Assembly: GCA_951406725.2 (NCBI GenBank)
Contig: OX597828.1
Coordinates: forward strand, 67,580,001 to 67,644,000
DNA from: Octopus vulgaris
Taxonomy: Eukaryota
Direction of reading: 5' to 3'
Length of the DNA: 64,000 nucleotides
Both the position numbers and the translations under genes were made by a program. Below the pieces are notes generated by a model. The model was not told the origin of the DNA, made no database searches, and saw nothing but the letters and a program-made list of their open reading frames with translations. Below are positions 54,857 to 64,000 of the stretch, one piece after another (positions within the stretch are counted from its first letter, which is position 1; each line of letters starts with the position of its first letter).

Positions 54857-55262
54857 CTCTTTTACTTGTTTCAGTCATTTAACTGTGGCCATGCTGGAGC
54901 ACCGCCTTTAGTCGAGTAAATCGACCCCAGGACTTATTCTTTGTTAACCTAATACTTATTCTATCGGTCTCGTTTGCCGAACCGCTAAGTTACGGTGACG
55001 TAAACACACGAGCATCGGTTGTTAAGTGGTGTTGGATGGACAAACACAGACACACAAATATATACACACACACATATATATATATATATACATATATACG
55101 ACGGGTTTCTTTCAGTTTCCGTCTACCAAATCCACTTACAAGGCTTTGGTCGGCCCGAGGCTATAGTAGAAGACACTTGCCCAAGGTGCCACGCAGTGGG
55201 ACTGAACCCGGAACCATGTGGTTCGTAAGCAAGCTACATACCACAGAGCCACTCCTACGCCT
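54857..55262 (-). mobile_element. SINE family B, full length
   Basis: Reverse complement match to the family. Confidence 0.92.
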
Positions 55263-55514
55263 ATTCAATATTATTAATTAACAATTTTACGAATCAATTA
55301 ATTTACTAATCAATTCCTTGATTAACCTTTCGAACGAACAATCAACCAGTCAGATGATAACTAGAGCATGTCATTGATAAGGTCAAGCGTGGCGGCGGAA
55401 GGGCTCTGAAAAACCAGCCGGTTGATTGATTGATTGATTGATTAATACGACGATTACTCAATCAACCGATCGGCTAATTGGTTAGTTGGTTAACTTGCTG
55501 ACTATGAATGATTT

Positions 55515-55721
55515 TAAATTTTGCCACAAGGCTAGAAATTTCGGGGGGGGGGGGGCAAGTAAGTGGATTACATCGAACTCAGTACTCAACTGGCAATTAT
55601 TTAATCGGCCCCGAAAGAATGTAAGTCGACCTCGGTGGAATTTGAACCGAGAGCATAAAGACGGACGAAATGCCGTTAAGGATTCTGCCCAGCGTGCTAA
55701 CGATTCGGCCAGCACGCCGCC
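55515..55721 (-). mobile_element. SINE family A, older subfamily
   Basis: Reverse complement match with a different tail (aaattttgccacaaggc). Confidence 0.8.
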
Positions 55722-55804
55722 CTAACTTCTTCGCAAATAAGAACCGGTAGAGAAATAAAACTAATGCATGTGTTTCTCTCACTCTCTCTATCTATCTATC
55801 TCAC

Positions 55805-55858
<54 letters not shown>

Positions 55859-56453
55859 ATTCTTTATATATCTCACTCTCTTTCTCCCCTCTCTCTCTAT
55901 CTATCTATCTATCTATCTTTATATATATCTCTCTATCTCTATCTCTCTCTTTCTGTCTCTATTTCTCTCTCTCCCCCTCTTTCCCTCTATATATCTCTCT
56001 ATATCCATCTCTCTCTCTTTCTCCCTCTCTCTTTTTCCCTCTCTCTTTCTCCCTCTCTCTTTCTCCCTCTCTCTCTCCCTCCCCCTTTGTCTCTCTACCT
56101 ATCTCTATCCCTCTCTTTCTCCCTCTCTCCCTCTCTCCCATCAGCTATTACATCCTTGATGTTTCCCTGACACATGGATGTAATGATCGAGGCAAAGGCA
56201 TTTTGTGTCTGTTGCACGGAAAATAATTAGCCAAGGTAATTTACATATCAGCGTGTCATACTTCTTGTCACATTGCTTTGGGATCACTTCGACATCTGAA
56301 GTGAGGCACACCTGGATAGGTAGCGTCGATTTCATGGACGGAGTGAGCTTCTGAGCAAAACACAAACATCTGATTGCCATAAAACAATTTGTGCGGTTTG
56401 TTGTCCAACAGGAAATTGTAGAACTGTCTTTCTCGGACCTGAGAAACCACCAT

Positions 56454-56541
<88 letters not shown>

Positions 56542-56877
56542 CACATACACACACACACATCTGATCGCTAAATTCCATTCCAAGGTGGGGCCGGTTTCAA
56601 GTTAATTAGACTGCTTTGTTCAATTTGGGCCCCGTTCCAAACAGAGTGCTCCATGTACACGCTCAGACAGAGCATGCTATGATGAATTTTTAGTATATCA
56701 TTTTGGCTAGTGTTGGATCCTCAGATCCTCAATACTTTTTGGCTGGGCATAACATTACAGAAAATCATCAATCTCTAGCTTTTGTAGAGCAGAGGGCTCC
56801 ACTGAATAAATCTCCAATTTGGCCCCGCACTTCCAAGCGCCGTCCCTGTTCGCAAGATATTGATTAACTTGGGATAT

Positions 56878-57049
56878 AGGCGTAGGAGTGGCTTTGTGAT
56901 AAGTAGCTTGTTTACCAACCACATGGTTCCGGGTTCAGTCCCACTGCGTGGCACTTTGGGCAAGTGTCTTCTACTATAGACTCGGGCCGACCAAAGCCTT
57001 GTGAGTGGATTAGGTAGACGGAAACTGAAAGAAGCCCGTCGTATATATG

Positions 57050-57129
<80 letters not shown>

Positions 57130-57333
57130 TGTGTCTGTGTTTGTCTCCCCCAACATCGCTTGACAACCGATGCTGGTGTGTTTACGTTCCCGTAACTTAG
57201 CGGTTCGGCAAAAGATACCGATAGAATAAGTACTAGGCTTACAAAGAATAAGTCCTGGGGGGTCGATTTGCTCGACTAAAAGCAGTGCTCCAGCATGGCC
57301 TCAGTCAAATGACTGAAACTAGAGTAAAGAGAG
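56878..57333 (+). mobile_element. SINE family B, full length
   Basis: ggcgtaggagtggct... through ...aaatgactgaaac. Confidence 0.92.
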
Positions 57334-57656
57334 TTACGGAATCGAACTTGGTACCGTCTTAATGCAAAACCAACTTGTTAACCACATGGCAATGGCTACA
57401 GGCCTAACGAAGCCACTGAAACTACGGTTGTATTTGTTGAACATCTGTCGGAGAACGGCAGCACTCGGTGACAATGTATACTGCTTAAAGTAAAGACAGA
57501 TCACCCTGTGACGTCACCTCAACATCCACCAATCCCCAAATAAATTCACCGAAGGATACTGTAATTGTCCTTGGTTTTATTGATATTCATTACACATTTT
57601 GGGTTCCCTTCTCCCTATTGTTGTCGTTGTTGTTCTTGGTGGTGTTGTTGTTGTTA

Positions 57657-58160
57657 AGGCAGCGAGCTGATAGAATCGTTAGCACGCCGGGCGAAATGCT
57701 TAGCGGTATTTCGTCTGCCGTTACGTTCTGAGTTCAAATTCCGCCGAGGTCGACTTTGCCTTTCATCCTTTCGGGGTCGATAAATCAAGTACCAGTTACG
57801 CACTGAGGTCGATGTAATCGTCTTAATACCTATGTCTGTCCTTGTTTGTCCCCTCTGTGTTTAGCCCCTTGTGGGTAATAAAGAAATAGGTATTTCGTCT
57901 GCCGTTACGTTCTGAGTTCAAATTCCGCCGAGGTCGACTTTGCCTTTCAATCGGCTTAATCCTTTTGTCTGTCCTTGTTTGTCCCTTCTGTGTTTAGCCG
58001 CTTGAGGGCAATAAACAAATAAGAATCGTTAGCACGCGGGGCAAAAGGCTCAGGACCATTACGTCTGTCTTTTACGCTCCGCCGAGGTCAGCTGTCGCTT
58101 TCTTCCTTTCGGGGTCGATAAAATAAGTACCAGTTGAGCACTGGAGTCGATGTAATCAAA
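57657..58160 (+). mobile_element. SINE family A multimer inserted in an older copy
   Basis: Unit restarts at ggtatttcgtctgccg (about 57889). Confidence 0.85.
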
Positions 58161-58695
58161 TTTGTTGTTGTTGTTGTTGTTGTTGTTGTTATAATTATTC
58201 ATGTAAACGAAGTTTTCTTTATATGAATATACGTTCTTTTCCCCTTATTTTTTATTGCAGCGACATTTCTGAAATATCAACTTGCATTATGTATGATACA
58301 AACGTGTATGTGGTTATTTATAGGCGTGCAGACATTGAGTATACATATGTCTATATAGGCATATCTATACATATATCAAAGCACAATCCCACACACACGC
58401 ACACACGCGCACACACATGCAAACACATGTAAACATATATTTGTAGTATGCGTGCAGATATGCGTATGCGTGTATATAAATATTCATATATAGATACATT
58501 CGTTCAATACGTACGTGTGTATTCGCACGTAAACTCCTACATCCAATGTGCGCACGCGCGCACATACACACACACACACACACAAGCACAAAAAACACGC
58601 ACACACAAATATATATATATATATGTGTGAATGTAGGAAGAAGTGTGTGTTTGTACCCGCGTGTGAGTGCGTGCATGTGTTCGTACCAGTGTTTT

Positions 58696-58740
<45 letters not shown>

Positions 58741-58747
58741 GAGTGTC

Positions 58748-58794
<47 letters not shown>

Positions 58795-59125
58795 CTGTAT
58801 GTGTGTGTTAATCTCTTTTCACACTTCTTACAAAGAGTATCCTGTAAGATTGCTTTCTTGTTTTATTCTGTTTTACGAATTTCTCTTTCTTTCAGCTTAG
58901 GTGAGATGTGTGCACGCGCGCGCGCGCGCGCGCGCACACACACTCACACACACACACATGCACACACATGCACACACAGGGCCACAACACAAACACATAC
59001 GCCCACACACAACTACATACGTACATTATTTTCTTGTCGAGAGTCAAATGGAATTTTCTTCATAACTGTCATGTACTTTAGCCATTTACTTTCTAAGTAT
59101 CTAGTTATTTCCATGTGTGTGTGTT

Positions 59126-59170
<45 letters not shown>

Positions 59171-59488
59171 ACACATATAGATATCCACACATATGTATAT
59201 ATTTCTGTCTTGCCAGCTAGATACTGTTTCAATCTATATATCATATATATGTGTATTTATTCATCGATTTATCGACATCTATGTATGTATATATACATAT
59301 ATTTATATATATATGCATATATATATATATATACTTATATATATGCATATATAAAACTGTGAGTGTCTGTTTCTCTTTATCGATTGATCGAAAAATGTAT
59401 TATTCTATCTATCTATATATGTATCCGTCGATCTATATTTATTTTCGAAAATAATTATTCAGCCATGTTAGTCTTTCTCTTTGTCCAA

Positions 59489-59526
<38 letters not shown>

Positions 59527-59583
59527 CTATCTATCTATCTATCTCACCCTTTCTCTCTCGCTATTTCTCTCCCCTTCATTGTT

Positions 59584-59627
<44 letters not shown>

Positions 59628-59671
59628 GTTCTCTCTCTCTCTCAATCACTTTTTCTCTACATATATATATT

Positions 59672-59733
<62 letters not shown>

Positions 59734-61221
59734 AATATATATGTGTAGATAGATAGGTAGAGAGACAGACAGACAGATACATGCATACATACATACATAC
59801 TTATCTATCTGTTTATCTAACCCTCTTATTCTCACCCTCTCTCTCTCTCTCTCTCTCTGTATCTCTCTCTTTCTCTCTCCCTCTCTCTCTTTCAGTATCT
59901 CTGTCTATGTATCTATTCATCCGTTTATATATATCTATCTACCTATTTATCGATTGTTCCGTCTATCAATATATAGCCTTGCCTACATTTCAGCTCAAAA
60001 GAAGCTTATTTATTATTGAAGATGAAAAGCGCGCAGATTTGGTGAATGGGTCAGAAAATATTGAAGAGGTACAATGTAAATATATGTCAGAGTAACACTT
60101 TCTTACGCCGCCCACTTTTCAGCACCGCCATTAATACGATCACCATCACCGCTACCATAACTAGGCCAGCAGCAACAACAACCTGAAAACAGTAACAACA
60201 AAACAATAATCCCTGATTCAACAACAAGAACAACAACAAAAACATCGCTCGAGCAGAATTACAACTGTAAGAACGAATCGAGCGACCACGGAAACAACAA
60301 CAAGCGTTGCTTCAACAACAATAACAAGAAAAACCGGAACTGATGCAGTAACAACAATAGCAGCTACAATAGTCATGTGACCAACAATAACAAGTTAACC
60401 ACCACCATTTCCAAGTGTACTACAACATAAACCATCGCTATAGCCTAAACAGTATTAACTACACCTCACCACTACAACGTTAGCCACCGTTGCCATCGCT
60501 ACCGCTGTCCACCACGACCACACCACCACCGTATTGATAACAACAACAACAACAACAACGCATGCGCATAACAACAGCAACAAAATCAGCATCACCATCA
60601 GCACCACCACCAACAACAACAATCACTATGACTTCATCATTACTGTCACTACCAATTTAATTACTACATCACCTGTACTATTTTAACTACGTCTAGCGAC
60701 AGCACCACCGCTGCCACCGCCCCTCCTGCTACTACTACTACTATCATCAATGCCACCACTCTTATTACCTCTACCACCACCACCTCCCCCTTCACCGATG
60801 ACATTTACACAATGGCGAACTATTCATTGTAACAAATCTCTAAAATGGCCGCCATCTATGACTTTGATATTGTTATATTTATTCGGTATGATAACGGCGG
60901 CGGCGGCGGCGGCGGTGGTGGTTGTGGTGGTGGTGGTGGTGGTGGTGGTGGTGATGGTGGTGGTGGTGATTGCGGCTATGGCGATGTTTGTTGTGGTGGT
61001 GGTGTTGGTGCTGGTAGCGGCGGCGGCGGTGGTGGTAGTGTTGGTGGTGGCAGTGGTGTGGAGGTGATGGTGGTGGTGGTGGTGGAGGAGGTGGTAGTGT
61101 TGGTGATGGCAGTGGTGTTGAGGTGGTGATGGCAGTGGTGTTGAGGTGGTGGTTGTGGTGGTGGTGGTAGTATGCGGGTGGTAGTGGTATCGCTGGTGCT
61201 ATATTAGTTAATGATTATTTG

Positions 61222-61637
61222 AAGGCGGCGAGCTGGCAGAAACGTTAGCACGCCGGGCGAAATGCGTAGCCGTATTTCGTCTGCCGTTACGTTCTGAGTT
61301 CAAATTCCGCCGAGGTCGACTTTGCCTTTCATCCTTTCAGGGTCGATAAATTAAGTACCAGTTACGCACTGGGTCGATGTAATCGACTTAATCCGTTTGT
61401 TTGTCCTTGTTTGTCCCCTCTATGTATAGCCCCTTGTGGGTAGTAAAGAAATAGGTATTTCGTCTGCCGTTACGTTCTGAGTTCAAATTCCGCCGAGGTC
61501 GACTTTGCCTTTCATCCTTTCGGGGTCGATAAATTAAGTACCAGTTTCGCACTGGGGTCGATGTAATCGACTTAATCCCTTTGTCTGTCCTTGTTTGTCC
61601 CCTGTATGTTTAGCCCCTTGTGGGCAGTAAAGAAACA
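61222..61637 (+). mobile_element. SINE family A dimer with a TSD of about 20 bp
   Basis: atattag(t/c)taatgattattt at 61201-61220 and 61639-61658. Confidence 0.92.
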
Positions 61638-62149
61638 TATATTAGCTAATGATTATTTTGTTGTTTGTGTTGTTGTTATTGTTTATGCTGCTGTTGCTGC
61701 TGATGCAGTATAGTAATAGTTGTCGTTGCAGTTGTGTTGTGGTAGGATTTTGTTACGCCTCTTTGCATGCTGTGCTGAAATCCCCTCCTGGGTCGACCAA
61801 AGTGCATCACCAAGTATATTACAACTATTTCTCTCCAAAACAAGTCACCACGATTAAATCCTATGGACGAATTTTCCATCATTATCGACGAAGCGCATTC
61901 AGTTGTCCAACTAACGCGTGTGTGTGTGACTGTGAACCCTTAGCATAAATAATTGACCGAATTTCAGGGATACAATGGTCCGAGGCTGGACCGTTTGAAT
62001 TTCTGGTATAGTCCGGACAATCCACCCCAGTAAACTGATTGGGTCGCCCCAAAATGTTGAAAGGCAAAGCTCACTTCAGTGTGATTTGAACTCAGTGCGC
62101 AGAGCATCGGAATGAAATCCACAAAGTATTTTATCCGACGCTCTAATGA

Positions 62150-62362
62150 GGATTTTAAATTTTAGCACAAGGCCAGCAACTTCGAGGGAGGTGATTAGTC
62201 GATTACATCGATCCCAGTGCTCAACTGGTACTTATTTTATCGATCCTAAAAAGATGAAAGGGAAAGTCGACCTCAGCGGAATTTGAGCTCAGAGCGCAAA
62301 GACTGACGAAATGCCGCTCGGTATTTTGCCCGGCGTGCTAACGATTCTACCAGCTCGGCGCC
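62150..62362 (-). mobile_element. SINE family A, older subfamily
   Basis: Reverse complement match. Confidence 0.8.
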
Positions 62363-62477
62363 CTATCCGGCACTTTAATGATAAGGTTCATTAGTCACCG
62401 TTTTAGATGATGTCTCTAAATACTGGAGGGCTTAGGTGACTGTTAACATAATGTAATCCAGGTTACCATAAGGTTTA

Positions 62478-62966
62478 AGGCGGCGAGCTGTCAGGAACGT
62501 TAGCACGCCGGGCGAAATGCTTAGCAGTATTTCGTTTTGTTTGTCCTTGTTTGTCCTCTCTGTGTTTAGCCCCTTGTGAGTAGTAAAGAAACAGGTATTT
62601 CGTCTGTCGTTACGTTCTGAGTTCAAATTCCGCCGAGGTCGACTTTGCCTTTCATCCTTTCGGGGTCGATAAATTAAGTACCAGTTACGCACTGGGGTCG
62701 ATGTAATCGACTTAATACCTATGTCTGTCCTTGTTTGTCCCCTCTATGTTTAGCCCCTTGTGGATAATAATGAAATAGGTATTCCATCTGTCGTTACGTT
62801 CTGAGTTCAAATTCCGCCGAGGTCGCCTTTGCCTTTCATCCTTTCGGGGTCGATTAAATAAAGTACCAGTTACGCACTGGGGTCGATATAATCGACTTAA
62901 TCCGTTTGTCTGTCTTTGTTTGTCCTCTCTGTGTTTAGCCCCTTGTGGGTAGTAAAGAAATAGGTA
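62478..62966 (+). mobile_element. SINE family A trimer (first unit internally deleted)
   Basis: Restarts at ggtattt near 62594 and 62778. Confidence 0.88.
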
Positions 62967-63695
62967 TGAAAATAGATTATCTTGAAAATTATTACAAAAG
63001 AAAGAATTTTCTTTTCCTTTTGTACTACACACATTCGTTTTTCTCAACTCTTGTCCCTAGCTCCGACCTAACAATCCTCAGATTTTTCAACTGCCTTTTC
63101 TAGACATTTTTTTATCTGCGGATTTTGCTTTTTCACAAACTAACCTGTAGGCAGTTGTACAACCACTTGAATAAACCACTTCTCTTGTGCGTCAACATGT
63201 GTACAGAACAGCTACACAGACTTATTATCTTTGCAACAATCATTTCAGTTCTACAGTTAAATATTTGACAACGACGCCTCAGTATCACAATTCGCTAAAA
63301 CTAATCCATCTTTGGTAAGTTCTATAAACATTGAAGATTTCAATGGAAGCCTAATTTACTGTTACAAGCCATCGTAGCTTAAACCAAAGTCAGCAGCCCT
63401 AGCTACTCACATAATACGACTATTGTAAATTAACCATAGCATTCTGAACGGTTACACATCATCCCTCGTTCACTTACTTTGTCCTTTTGCAATAATATGA
63501 ACTCAATTTTGTGTGACGCCGCAGTTTTATATAATACACGAACACTTATCTGTATTTACTTTGAGTCACATTGTTTGTGAATTAGATCACATTACAATAC
63601 TTATTAATAATTGCAGTAAGGCGATCTCAATCAACATTACAGGTGGAGATTTATATATAGGTACTTATACATAACATGTAAATATGTGTATCGCT

Positions 63696-63742
63696 CTGTG
63701 TGTGTGCGTGTGTGTGTGTGTGTGTGTGTATGCGTGTGTGTT

Positions 63743-63773
<31 letters not shown>

Positions 63774-63909
63774 ATGCGTGTGTGTGTGCGTGTGTGTGCG
63801 TGTGTGTGTGTGTGTGTGCGCGTGTGCGTGTGTGTGTGCGTGTGTGTGTGTGTGCGCGTGTGTGTGTGTGTGTATGCGTGTGTGTGTGTGCGTGTGTGTG
63901 CGTGTGCGC

Positions 63910-63951
<42 letters not shown>
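63696..63951. repeat. (GT)n microsatellite with GC variants
   Basis: Direct reading. Confidence 0.97.
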
Positions 63952-63958
<7 letters not shown>

Positions 63959-64000
63959 GTGTAAATATGTATTTTGCTGTATTTCTGTGTCACATTTTAC

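Overview
Eukaryotic, AT-rich, microsatellite-saturated non-coding DNA, most consistent with an octopus (coleoid cephalopod) intron or intergenic region. This assignment is inferred from the SINE families and repeat landscape and was not checked against a database. I can support no host protein-coding gene: nearly all listed ORFs are read-through of simple repeats or SINEs. The window contains three abundant tRNA-derived SINE families, often nested or multimerised, and decayed LINEs (CR1-type, R4/Dong-type in (TAA)n, RTE ends). It also holds two Tc1/mariner fossils, a Merlin-like MITE with an 8-bp TSD, a Tigger-like MITE, a small Helitron, and many Penelope-like element (PLE) remnants, including RT and GIY-YIG ORF fossils. 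The most notable signal is about a dozen type I hammerhead ribozyme motifs in PLE terminal repeats. They include canonical minimal forms, forms with a long stem II, a multi-copy family with a fixed non-canonical U at core position 6, and a candidate U3-A8 compensatory variant. Several long fold-back palindromes turn out to be inverted PLE termini.
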